A program made the translations under genes and the position numbers. The notes beneath the pieces were generated by a model. It did not search any database, was not told the origin of the DNA, and worked only from the letters and a program-made list of their open reading frames with translations. A stretch of DNA of 64,000 bases from positions 29,879 through 93,878 of the IMG/VR virus record IMGVR_UViG_3300010885_011343; one strand, 5' to 3'. The DNA is from a virus. This document shows positions 21,777 through 31,060 of the stretch, piece after piece (position 1 is the first letter of the stretch; each line of letters starts with the position of its first letter).

Positions 21777-22439
21777 ATGAACCAAGATCTTGACAAGAAC
21801 GAGCCAAAATTAGAAGAAGAGCACAAGCCCGATGACCAGGCTGGTATTCATATTCGTGGACATATCAAAATCTTTGATCCAGAATCTGGCGAAGTTTTTA
21901 TAGACAAGTCTAATGCTATTCATTACGAAAATATGAGCGAGGCTATTGCTAATAGCCTGGGAAATTTGGGTAACCAGTTTATATACGAAATGCATTTTGG
22001 TAACGGTGGAACCACTGTTGATCCTACTGGTGTTATTAATTACTTGCCACCTAACGTAAAGACGCAGAACAGCGATTTATACAGTCCTACATATTTTAAG
22101 AACGTTGACGGAAATAGTGTGGATAACACAGACAAAACTAGAAATCGTATGCAGGTTCGTCACGTACCCGGAACTGTGTACAGCGATATCTTAGTAAGCT
22201 GTTTATTGGATTATGGCGAGCCAGCTGGGCAAGAAGTATTTGATAACAGCCAGAATTTAGATGGTAATTTTATTTTTGATGAGCTAGGACTAAAAGGTTA
22301 CACCGCAGAAGGTGCAGGCCTTGGAAAATTGTTAACTCACGTTGTTTTCCACCCAGTGCAAAAAAGTTTAAATCGTATCATTCAAGTTGACTATACCGTT
22401 AGAATTCAAACAATAACTAATTTAAGTAATACAGCGTAA
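21777..22439 (+). CDS. Virion structural protein (baseplate/tail associated)
   Basis: ATG 21777 lies just after a TAAATA motif. Has FGNGGT, FDELGL and LLTHVVFHPVQKSLNR motifs; structural context. Confidence 0.6.
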   Translation: MNQDLDKNEPKLEEEHKPDDQAGIHIRGHIKIFDPESGEVFIDKSNAIHYENMSEAIANSLGNLGNQFIYEMHFGNGGTTVDPTGVINYLPPNVKTQNSDLYSPTYFKNVDGNSVDNTDKTRNRMQVRHVPGTVYSDILVSCLLDYGEPAGQEVFDNSQNLDGNFIFDELGLKGYTAEGAGLGKLLTHVVFHPVQKSLNRIIQVDYTVRIQTITNLSNTA

Positions 22440-22440
22440 T

Positions 22441-23466
22441 ATGTCACAGCCCTATGTAATACGTCGTACCAATGGTAATAACTATATTATCATACAAGAA
22501 GGTACAGTTGATACTTCAACCGCAGTTAATCTAGTAGGTCGGGGCGTTCCTGGCTATGGTGGAATGATTGCGGAGAACTTTGTACGCTTAATAGAAAATT
22601 TTGCCAACGACTATCCACCACAAAACCCACTTGACGGGCAGCTTTGGTATGATACTGTTGCTAAACGATTAAAATTTTGGTCAGAAGAAACCTGGACTAA
22701 TTTTGCCGACGTTGGGCCAGTGGGCTCACAGGGTGCGACTGGTCCAACCGGTCCGTTGGGTGCAACCGGTCCAACCGGTGATGCTGGACCCCGGGGCGCA
22801 ACTGGTTTAACAGGCCCGCAGGGTGCAGATAGTACAGTACAAGGTCCAGATGGATCTACAGGGCCAATTGGCCCAGTGGGATACACAGGTAGCGTTGGCA
22901 ATAGTGGCCCAATTGGACCAATTGGCTACACAGGCAGCAAAGGTGCCCAGGGCATTGGAATAGCTGGCGGAATTGGCGCAACCGGGCCGCAGGGTTCTAC
23001 AGGCGTACAAGGACCACAAGGCGCCCAAGGTGATAAAGGTGACACTGGAGATACTGGCGCCACTGGCGCGAGAGGACCCGGTGCACAGGGCAATTTGTCA
23101 ATCATTGATCATACAATCAACGGTTCAGTAAATAATCAAAACATTATTATCAACCCGCTAGGCACAGGAGTACTTACAGTTAACCAACGTATTATTCCAG
23201 GTGCAAATGTCAGTTACGGGATTGGTGATAGTTCTAGGTACTGGACTAGCATTTATTGTACTGCTATACGTTTTGCCGACGGTAGCTTTTCAACAAGTAA
23301 CAAATCAATTCAAGGAACAACAGCACCTAATTCGAGCAGAGGATCTCCGGGAGATTCAGCTGGTTTGATAGCGTTTACAACTAGTTATGTGTATTATTGC
23401 ACAGGTCCGTATGACGGATTTACTAATATTTGGAGACGTGTGGCGTGGGACAATTCGACTTGGTAA
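22441..23466 (+). CDS. Collagen-like tail fibre protein
   Basis: Gly-X-Y repeats at about 22714-23091. The N-terminal domain (LVGR..GYG...ENF..LIENFA...GQLWYD) is shared with the next gene. Confidence 0.8.
   Translation: MSQPYVIRRTNGNNYIIIQEGTVDTSTAVNLVGRGVPGYGGMIAENFVRLIENFANDYPPQNPLDGQLWYDTVAKRLKFWSEETWTNFADVGPVGSQGATGPTGPLGATGPTGDAGPRGATGLTGPQGADSTVQGPDGSTGPIGPVGYTGSVGNSGPIGPIGYTGSKGAQGIGIAGGIGATGPQGSTGVQGPQGAQGDKGDTGDTGATGARGPGAQGNLSIIDHTINGSVNNQNIIINPLGTGVLTVNQRIIPGANVSYGIGDSSRYWTSIYCTAIRFADGSFSTSNKSIQGTTAPNSSRGSPGDSAGLIAFTTSYVYYCTGPYDGFTNIWRRVAWDNSTW
22714..23091 (+). repeat. Collagen Gly-X-Y repeat, rich in Thr at the Y position
   Basis: GATGPTGPLGATGPTGDAGPRGATGLTG...GDTGDTGATG, with a few interruptions. 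Confidence 0.9.
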
Positions 23467-23503
23467 ATATACAAATAAATAATTAATTGCGGAGCAATAC
23501 AGA

Positions 23504-24778
23504 ATGGCTTATAATATAACACTATCCGACGGTTCACCGTTGGTAACTGTGGCAGATGGCACAGTTGACGTAAACTTTACTAGTTTAAACCTAGTAGGTA
23601 AAAACTTTGCTGGATACGGCGCATTGTTCAATGAAAACTTTGTGTATCTATTAGAGAACTTTGCCAACAACTCAGAACCTACCAACCCAGTTGTCGGACA
23701 ATTGTGGTATGATACAAGTAAGAGAGTAATGAAAGTTTACACTACAAATAATACTTGGAAAGTTATTAGCTCTGCACAAGCTAGTCCTACACAACCGCCA
23801 AACCCAGTGCTAGGTGACCAGTGGTGGGATACTACCAACGAACAGTTAAAAATTTGGAATAACACTGAGTGGAAACTAATAGGACCACTATGGTCGTTGG
23901 CGCAAGGATTAACTGGTGCGATCCCCGACACTATTATGGACTCGGACGGCAACAGTCGTGTTGTATTAAAGTTCTATGTTAAGAACGTTGTTACAGCTAT
24001 ATGGAGCCAAGAGTACGACTTTGATGTAGATCCTAGTGCTAATGTCCCTGGATTTACAGACGAAGACGATAATATGGTTCTCAAGACCGGTCTTACATTG
24101 GCCAACTTAGATCCATTGGCTAACATTATTCACGGTACCGCTGAAAATGCGTTACTGTTAGATGGAATACCTGCAACTAGCTTTATTCGTAATGACATCA
24201 CTGACGAACAACAAATCAGTGGACCAATTAATTTCCAACCCGATACCGACGAGCAAATTGCTATTAAATTAGCTGGGCACGTTGTCATCGATGATACTAA
24301 CAGTGAACTATTTGATGTTGGTAGCCCCGATGGTAAACTACGTACAATCTATGCACAAAGTTTTGATGGTGTTGCTAGCTCAGCACGTTACGCCGACTTG
24401 GCAGAACGCTTTGAAGCAGACGTGGCCTACGAACCGGGTACAGTTGTTGAATTGGGCGGTGCTAAAGAAGTTACACAAGTTGGCGAAGAACTAAGCGACA
24501 ATGTATTTGGCGTTATCAGTACCAAGGCTGCTTACTTAATGAACAGTGCTGCCGGCAATGATCAAACACATCCACCAATTGCTGTCAGCGGGCGTGTTCC
24601 AGTTAAAGTAAAAGGTAAAGTTACAAAAGGCGACCGTTTAGTCAGTGCTGGTAAAGGCATTGCTCGAGCCGCGACCAAAGAAGAAATTACACCTTGGAAT
24701 GTTATTGGTCGTGCTCTGGCACACAAGACAGATGACGGACTAGGTACAGTAGAAGCAATCGTTAAACTAAGCTCTTAA
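23504..24778 (+). CDS. Tail fibre protein with C-terminal chaperone/autoprocessing-like domain
   Basis: Shares its N-terminus with the collagen fibre. The C-terminal ARYADLAERF...GRVPVKVKGKVTKGDRLVS region resembles an intramolecular chaperone (peptidase G2-like) domain. Confidence 0.7.
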   Translation: MAYNITLSDGSPLVTVADGTVDVNFTSLNLVGKNFAGYGALFNENFVYLLENFANNSEPTNPVVGQLWYDTSKRVMKVYTTNNTWKVISSAQASPTQPPNPVLGDQWWDTTNEQLKIWNNTEWKLIGPLWSLAQGLTGAIPDTIMDSDGNSRVVLKFYVKNVVTAIWSQEYDFDVDPSANVPGFTDEDDNMVLKTGLTLANLDPLANIIHGTAENALLLDGIPATSFIRNDITDEQQISGPINFQPDTDEQIAIKLAGHVVIDDTNSELFDVGSPDGKLRTIYAQSFDGVASSARYADLAERFEADVAYEPGTVVELGGAKEVTQVGEELSDNVFGVISTKAAYLMNSAAGNDQTHPPIAVSGRVPVKVKGKVTKGDRLVSAGKGIARAATKEEITPWNVIGRALAHKTDDGLGTVEAIVKLSS

Positions 24779-24779
24779 T

Positions 24780-25844
24780 ATGGCACAACTAGCACCAAAT
24801 TACGTTTCGGGCAATGTTATACAGCACGAGGACTATGATCTTTTAGTCTCTGGCAGTACTACAGGCGCAGTAAACATTCAGAACCCTAGCATTGGGACAG
24901 TCTGGGGAACTGGATATGGCCGTTATGGATTTGGGCAAGATGATTTATATCTCGAACCTGTGCAAAAGGGCGACCTAGTCAGAGCACAGCATTGGGACAA
25001 CATAGATGCCGCATTGAGCGCAGTAATCAAACACCAAGGCAATAACTACAACGGGCTACCTGGCGAGACGATCCAAGCCGGTAGAAGAATTTCACCTATC
25101 CCGGCGTTTGATGCTTTAATCAAACAAGCATTTGGTGATGCCGGCAAGATTTATGCTACCAGCGACACACCACCTTATAATACATCTTATACAGGGCTAT
25201 GGGGTGACACTGGCCGCCGTGATTTAAAGTTTATTCAAACATTATCGTTTGCCAATGCAGACAAGGCACGTTACTTTTTTAATGCTGGCGGAAAAATTAA
25301 ATTAAGTTTTTCTCGCACAGGCGGCGCCAACAAAGCACGTAACAGCGATTGGTCAGGGCTGTGTGCGGCAGCAGGAACTGTTGAAATTGGATATCGCAAT
25401 ACCAGAAAAGTTCCTGGATCAGACGGCGGATATGGCGGCTACAGCTATGGCGGCTACGATAACAATAATTACACTGCACTAGATCAAAACAACGGCGGAT
25501 TCTGGGCCAATAGCCCAAACCTAATCAAGACGCATTTTAGACAAAATAGCAGTGGTTATGGACAATATTCCAACGCTGGCAATAATGGCTATACCGGAGA
25601 CACCGCAGATTTTATCAAGGTTGAGCTTCGTGTTTACGGTAATACCGGAAACAATGGCGGTCTGGGTCTTGTAGTAGAAGTAACAACCACATTCGAAAAT
25701 GGTGCAACAGCAACACCAAATAGCCAGGACACTATATCCGGAACGGCCAACACAGGCCTAGTACTGTCGTACCCAGGCGAAGACTATCTGGAATCCAATA
25801 CCTGGGGAACCCCATCTTTTAATGGAGTGGTGTCCGCAGTCTGA
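24780..25844 (+). CDS. Virion structural/fibre-associated protein
   Basis: Gly/Asn/Tyr-rich with an ARYFFNAGGKI motif; last gene of the fibre block. Confidence 0.55.
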   Translation: MAQLAPNYVSGNVIQHEDYDLLVSGSTTGAVNIQNPSIGTVWGTGYGRYGFGQDDLYLEPVQKGDLVRAQHWDNIDAALSAVIKHQGNNYNGLPGETIQAGRRISPIPAFDALIKQAFGDAGKIYATSDTPPYNTSYTGLWGDTGRRDLKFIQTLSFANADKARYFFNAGGKIKLSFSRTGGANKARNSDWSGLCAAAGTVEIGYRNTRKVPGSDGGYGGYSYGGYDNNNYTALDQNNGGFWANSPNLIKTHFRQNSSGYGQYSNAGNNGYTGDTADFIKVELRVYGNTGNNGGLGLVVEVTTTFENGATATPNSQDTISGTANTGLVLSYPGEDYLESNTWGTPSFNGVVSAV

Positions 25845-25876
25845 TTAAATACTTAATCTAAGTATTTTAATCAACT

Positions 25877-26200
25877 ATGACCCCAGATGATCTCAAATCC
25901 CTTGCGGACTTTAATTTTGAACGCTCAATACATTTAAAAAATATACGCGAGTCTGCACACGCTAAATTAAATGTAACTTACAACGGTGGAACGTTTACAG
26001 CCACTGTTGACCTAATAGGATTTTTAAATGTATGGCCCGATGAAACTGTAATCATCAAAGACATTTACCTCAATCCTATAGAAGTAAAACGCACAGAACT
26101 TTTATCGCTGATTATCCCTGCCTACAAAAATAGTATGCAATGGTGGCTTGGCGAGTTTGACTCTGGCAATCGTACTAGCTGGCTTGGTCCCGATGTCTAA
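25877..26200 (+). CDS. Hypothetical protein (possible fibre assembly chaperone)
   Basis: 107-aa ORF after a TAAATA motif; overlaps the next gene. Confidence 0.5.
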   Translation: MTPDDLKSLADFNFERSIHLKNIRESAHAKLNVTYNGGTFTATVDLIGFLNVWPDETVIIKDIYLNPIEVKRTELLSLIIPAYKNSMQWWLGEFDSGNRTSWLGPDV

Positions 26201-27026
26201 GGGTGTATTAATATTTGCCTATAATTCTAATTTAGACTATGTTGCTCTTGCCACAGTAGCCGCTAAGTTAGTTAAAAAGCATTTGGGCCTGCCGGTGACA
26301 TTGGTCACTGATACAGACAATGTTGACTATTCTGTATTTGATCAAGTTATACGCAAAGACCTTGATGGCAAAATTTTTGAACGTGTTTTTAATTTTGGCG
26401 GCCCCGGAAAAAAGATGCCCTGGCACAATCAAAATAGAAGCAGCGCATATGATCTAAGTCCGTATGATCAGACATTGTTGATTGATGCAGACTACTTAAT
26501 TTTTTCCAACGACCTGAAAAAACTATTTGACACAAAATTAGAATTTGCCTGTTATAATAGTGTACAAGAAATATCCGGATGGGACGGATTGCAAAACGGT
26601 GCCCGAGTGGGCGTTCCTGGCATATCTATGCAATGGGCCACAGTGGTATATTTTACTAAGGGTCATTTGGCACAAGGCGTGTTTAGTTATATGTCGATGA
26701 TCAAAGAAAATTACAAATACTATGCTGCCGCGTTTAATTTTAAAACAGAATTGTTTCGTAATGACTACACTATTAGCATAGCATTACAGACATTAACAGG
26801 CTATAGCGACAGTAACTTTACTGCTATACCTGGGCAATTAATTTCTGCAAATACCACTGTTCAATTAGCCGAAGCTAACCCCAATGGACAGTTAGTGTTC
26901 ACCTGGAGTAGTTCAGACGGGTCAAAGAACGTCACTGGTATTAAAAACACCAGCGTTCATATTATGAATAAAGAGATATTAACAAATCCAGAAATATTAG
27001 ATCAACTTACGGAGCTGTCTAAATGA
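26193..27026 (+). CDS. GT-A-fold glycosyltransferase-like protein
   Basis: Start moved to MSKGVLIFAYN. SPYDQTLLIDADY supplies a DxD motif. Confidence 0.65.
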   Translation: MSKGVLIFAYNSNLDYVALATVAAKLVKKHLGLPVTLVTDTDNVDYSVFDQVIRKDLDGKIFERVFNFGGPGKKMPWHNQNRSSAYDLSPYDQTLLIDADYLIFSNDLKKLFDTKLEFACYNSVQEISGWDGLQNGARVGVPGISMQWATVVYFTKGHLAQGVFSYMSMIKENYKYYAAAFNFKTELFRNDYTISIALQTLTGYSDSNFTAIPGQLISANTTVQLAEANPNGQLVFTWSSSDGSKNVTGIKNTSVHIMNKEILTNPEILDQLTELSK

Positions 27027-27859
27027 GCCGCGGCTATCTAACGTTTGCACAAAATAATAGTCAAACAGATTATTTAAATCTAGCCTATGTGCAAGCACTG
27101 AGTATCAAGGCTACTCAAACTATAAATTCTTGTGCAGTGGTAGTGGATAAACACACAATGGAATTAGTCACTGACAAACACCGAGATGTGTTTGATTACA
27201 TTATCCTTTTGCCAGGAATAGACAACTCATCTGATGATTTTTGGAAATTAAAAAACGAGTGGAAAGCCTATGTCGCTAGCCCTTATCTTGAAACAGTAAA
27301 AATTGAAGCTGATATGCTGTTCACTGCCAATATAGATCATTGGTGGGATATAATGAGTCAGAAAGATATTTGCTTTACCACCGATGTTGTAAACTTCCGT
27401 GGAGAAGTTTCAAATAGTAGATTGTACAGAAAATTATTTGATTTAAATAACTTGCTTAACGTGTATAATGGATTTTTTTACTTTAAAAAAAGTTTGCTGG
27501 CAGAACAGTTTTTTAATTACGCAAAAGATATCTATGAGAATTGGGACTCTGTCAGGAAAGAAATATTAGTAGAAGCAGACACTGAGCAAGTGACAACAGA
27601 TGTAGTTTTTGCTATAGCTTGTAAATTAATTGGCGAAGAAAAATGCTATTTGCCAAATTGGAACGTTCCTAGATTTGCACATATGAAAGGCGCAATTAAT
27701 GGATTCCACTCCACTGAGGATTGGAGAACAAAATTAATTTACCAATTTGATCAAAGTACGCTGACTGTTGGGTTTACTAGACAGGCTGTGCCGTTCCACT
27801 ATCACTACAAAGATTTCATAACAAAAGAATTAGTAAGTCATTATGAGACCCTCGCTTAA
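27023..27859 (+). CDS. GT-A-fold glycosyltransferase-like protein, paralog of the previous gene
   Basis: RGYLTFAQNN...DYLNLA and SPYLETVKIEADML (ExD); also YNGFFYFKK and TTDVVFA. Confidence 0.65.
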   Translation: MSRGYLTFAQNNSQTDYLNLAYVQALSIKATQTINSCAVVVDKHTMELVTDKHRDVFDYIILLPGIDNSSDDFWKLKNEWKAYVASPYLETVKIEADMLFTANIDHWWDIMSQKDICFTTDVVNFRGEVSNSRLYRKLFDLNNLLNVYNGFFYFKKSLLAEQFFNYAKDIYENWDSVRKEILVEADTEQVTTDVVFAIACKLIGEEKCYLPNWNVPRFAHMKGAINGFHSTEDWRTKLIYQFDQSTLTVGFTRQAVPFHYHYKDFITKELVSHYETLA

Positions 27860-28169
27860 AAGAAAACCTCTTGCTGAGATAATTTATAGAGTATACTATA
27901 ATACAGATACCGGCGACTGTACGGAAAAGTCAATTAACCTGCTGTTGGGCAAAGACTTTATTTGTGTAGAAAAAGAAATATACGAATCAATTGAGTTTTG
28001 TAGTTATTTTAAAGTTGTTGATGGCAAGTTACGTAGGAAATCTAAGGAAAGTGCCAAACTCAATTTGAAATTAACAGACAGCGGGCAGTTTACTACAATA
28101 AAAAACAATATGCTATTTGTCGTAAATAATGACTATAAAGGATTAGTGGAGAATTGGGAGTATCAATGA
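27843..28169 (+). CDS. Hypothetical protein
   Basis: 108-aa ORF overlapping both neighbours. Confidence 0.5.
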   Translation: MRPSLKRKPLAEIIYRVYYNTDTGDCTEKSINLLLGKDFICVEKEIYESIEFCSYFKVVDGKLRRKSKESAKLNLKLTDSGQFTTIKNNMLFVVNNDYKGLVENWEYQ

Positions 28170-29059
28170 ACATTGCAGATTTAGATTGCATATACTTAAC
28201 CTACGACGAACCTCAAAAAGAAGAATTCTGGGTTAAAATTAAAGATATAGCGCCTTGGGCAAAACGTGTAGACGGAGTCAAGGGCAGTGACGCCGCACAC
28301 AAAGCGGCCGCCGCAGCCAGTAGTACAGACCGTTTTATCTTAATTGACGGAGATAACATACCTAACGGCGAGTTCTTCGGTGAACAGTTAAATCTTAACG
28401 ATGGTAATAAAGATTGCGTGTTCCGATGGAGAGCACGTAACGAAATAAATGGGTTAGTATATGGTAACGGTGGTATCAGTTGTTGGACTCGCGACTATAT
28501 AAACAATATGCGTACTCACGAAAACACCGACGGAAGAAACGAAACTGTAGTAGAATTTTGTTTTGACCCTAAGTACCTGCCAATGCATAACTGTTATTCA
28601 ACTACATATCCTAACGGAACACCATTCCAGGCCTGGCGAGCAGGATTTAGAGAAGGTGTTAAAATGGCACTGGACAGAGGCCGTCGAACCTCTATGACAG
28701 AATTTTTAAATATGCGAAGATATCAAAATATTGAATATCTATCAATTTGGCACAATGTTGGCGCAGACGTTGAAAACGGATGGTGGGCTATGTACGGCGC
28801 CAGGCTAGGAACATACTTGACACTGCTCGACGAAAATTGGAATTACACAGAAGTACAAGATTTCAATGCATTGAGATACATTTTTAAAAAAGTAGATTCA
28901 ATTCCAGACACAACAAGGCAAAAGCATTATGCCAGGATATCCAATGATCTTAGAGAAAAACTTCAATTGCCAATTATGGAAATGGATGCAGAACAAAGTG
29001 CATTTTTTAAAAAGTTTTACACAAGGCTTCACCAAAATAAAGGTATAATGGACAGATGA
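28166..29059 (+). CDS. Glycosyltransferase-like protein (GT-A)
   Basis: RVDGVKGSDAAHKAAA...FILIDGDN (DxD), NGLVYGNGG and AWRAGFREGVKM. Confidence 0.6.
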   Translation: MNIADLDCIYLTYDEPQKEEFWVKIKDIAPWAKRVDGVKGSDAAHKAAAAASSTDRFILIDGDNIPNGEFFGEQLNLNDGNKDCVFRWRARNEINGLVYGNGGISCWTRDYINNMRTHENTDGRNETVVEFCFDPKYLPMHNCYSTTYPNGTPFQAWRAGFREGVKMALDRGRRTSMTEFLNMRRYQNIEYLSIWHNVGADVENGWWAMYGARLGTYLTLLDENWNYTEVQDFNALRYIFKKVDSIPDTTRQKHYARISNDLREKLQLPIMEMDAEQSAFFKKFYTRLHQNKGIMDR

Positions 29060-30012
29060 AAAAAATAGAATATATGAAATTAGTACACAACGAACAGTCT
29101 TACAATGACTGGTTTGTGGTCAATTGGTGTTTAGGTAATACCTGCAATTTTAGTTGCTCTTACTGCCCCGACAACTTACACGACGGTAGTAAAAAATGGC
29201 CAGAGTTGGAAACCATTAAACAGTTTATACTTAAAGTAAAAAATCAACACTCCGGTAAAAAGTTATATTTTGATTTCACTGGTGGAGAAGTTACTTTATA
29301 CAAACACTTCATTGAGCTTTGTGAGTTTTGCAAAGAACAAGACGTACGAGTTGGTATGATTAGTAATGGTAGTCGTACACTACGTTGGTGGGAAGAAAAT
29401 GCACACCTATTTGATCACGTGTGTTTGAGTTTCCACCCCGAGGAAGCTAAGCCGGATCATTATTTGGCAGTGGCTAAAATATTAGAAAATAAGTTTAGGT
29501 TACACCTGAACATTATGATGAGCCCGGACAAGTTTGACGAATGCTATCAGGTTGCTCTTAAAGCAACAGAGTTGCAAAATACTAGCATTGCATTACAACC
29601 GTTAATACACGACTTTGGTGATACACTGTATGACTACACAGACGAGCAAAAGAAGGTCTTTGAAGATCAGTGGAAACTCATTGGCAGCAAAACTGTTTGG
29701 ACTAAGTCATTGGAAAACTATCGTGGCGCAATGACAATGGTCACCGAAACAGGATCTAAAACTAGTTTGCCTCCGCACGAATTTATTTCTAAAGGGATTA
29801 ACAATTGGTTTGGTTGGAAATGCTATTCTGGTGTAGAACAACTTATTGTAGATATGGATGGTAGTATACATCGTGGCTGGTGTAAAGTAGGACGCCCAAT
29901 TGGCAACATATGGGATGAAAAAATTCATTTCCCAAAAGATCCTATTACCTGCAATAAAGTAATGTGTCATTGTAACTTTGACATTATGTCTACTAAGGAA
30001 AAAGTTCAATGA
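29056..30012 (+). CDS. Radical SAM protein with C-terminal SPASM/twitch-like domain
   Basis: CNFSCSYC and TGGEVT, then C-terminal CYSG...DGSIHRGWC...IGNI...C....CHC. Confidence 0.85.
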   Translation: MKKIEYMKLVHNEQSYNDWFVVNWCLGNTCNFSCSYCPDNLHDGSKKWPELETIKQFILKVKNQHSGKKLYFDFTGGEVTLYKHFIELCEFCKEQDVRVGMISNGSRTLRWWEENAHLFDHVCLSFHPEEAKPDHYLAVAKILENKFRLHLNIMMSPDKFDECYQVALKATELQNTSIALQPLIHDFGDTLYDYTDEQKKVFEDQWKLIGSKTVWTKSLENYRGAMTMVTETGSKTSLPPHEFISKGINNWFGWKCYSGVEQLIVDMDGSIHRGWCKVGRPIGNIWDEKIHFPKDPITCNKVMCHCNFDIMSTKEKVQ

Positions 30013-31055
30013 AGCAATTGGCTGTTGGGACTGACAACGGATACGTTAATGCCAGCATAGAGGATTTAATTAGTTCCAAGTTAAATCAATTTCAAGGATG
30101 GCACTGTCAAGCTGGCGTACAAAATTTGTATATAGACTTTGATGGCAAAGTTTGGATATCTAATTGTGCCAGTACGCCCGGGACAAATCGTGTACACTTC
30201 CAAGGAACAAGACGTTGGGGAAATCTTGGCACTATAGAAGAAAAGTACACATTCCCTACCAATGGGGTGATCTGTCCAATGGCCAGCTGTGGTTGCGGTT
30301 CAGACATTGTAATCACAAAATGGTCCTCGGGCACAGAACCTGCGCACTCCAATGTTCGATTTGTGCCCTTTAAAGATGTCACAGAGATAACATCAGTCAG
30401 AACCAATTATCATATGCCCAAACAAGTATTGTGGGATATAAGTCGCCGGTGTAATTATGATTGTAGTTATTGCTGGCCTGAGGTACATAATACCACAGAT
30501 GAACATAAATCTTTGGCAGTACTAAGATCGGCGGCAGATCACATCATTGACAATTGGGCCGGCGGTGAGGAAGTTCGTTGGTACTTTGGTGGCGGCGAAC
30601 CTACTTTAAATCCAGACTTTGAACCATTTGTTGAGCATCTAGCTAACAGGAATCAATGGATTATGCTAGTATCCAATGCAAGCCAAGGACCTAGCTACTG
30701 GGCAAAAAATGCTAACCACTACAACACATTAATTTTTAGTGCTCATTTTGAATTTATGAAACCTGCGCTGTTTGCTAAAAATTATAAACAAGTTGGCGAA
30801 GTAATACTCAATGGCGCAACTAGATTAAACGATTTTATAGTAAAGCTAATGACCAAACCTGGAGAAATTAAACAGAGCATAGACTTTGTGAATGAACTAA
30901 AAGAGTCAGTTGGATACGACTTGTTAACAACGGGCAATAAAAATAAATTTGGATTTGATATGGTCCCACTGCGATCAATCAATGACGGCAGTAAGTTACA
31001 TCCAGACTACACTGACAGCGAGTTGCAGGAAATTCTTGAGTTTAATAAGCAGTAA
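30009..31055 (+). CDS. Radical SAM protein with N-terminal SPASM/twitch-like domain
   Basis: N-terminal CQAG...DGKVWISNC...LGTI...CPMASCGC, followed by CNYDCSYC and GGGEPTL. Confidence 0.85.
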   Translation: MKQLAVGTDNGYVNASIEDLISSKLNQFQGWHCQAGVQNLYIDFDGKVWISNCASTPGTNRVHFQGTRRWGNLGTIEEKYTFPTNGVICPMASCGCGSDIVITKWSSGTEPAHSNVRFVPFKDVTEITSVRTNYHMPKQVLWDISRRCNYDCSYCWPEVHNTTDEHKSLAVLRSAADHIIDNWAGGEEVRWYFGGGEPTLNPDFEPFVEHLANRNQWIMLVSNASQGPSYWAKNANHYNTLIFSAHFEFMKPALFAKNYKQVGEVILNGATRLNDFIVKLMTKPGEIKQSIDFVNELKESVGYDLLTTGNKNKFGFDMVPLRSINDGSKLHPDYTDSELQEILEFNKQ

Positions 31056-31060
31056 TTAAA

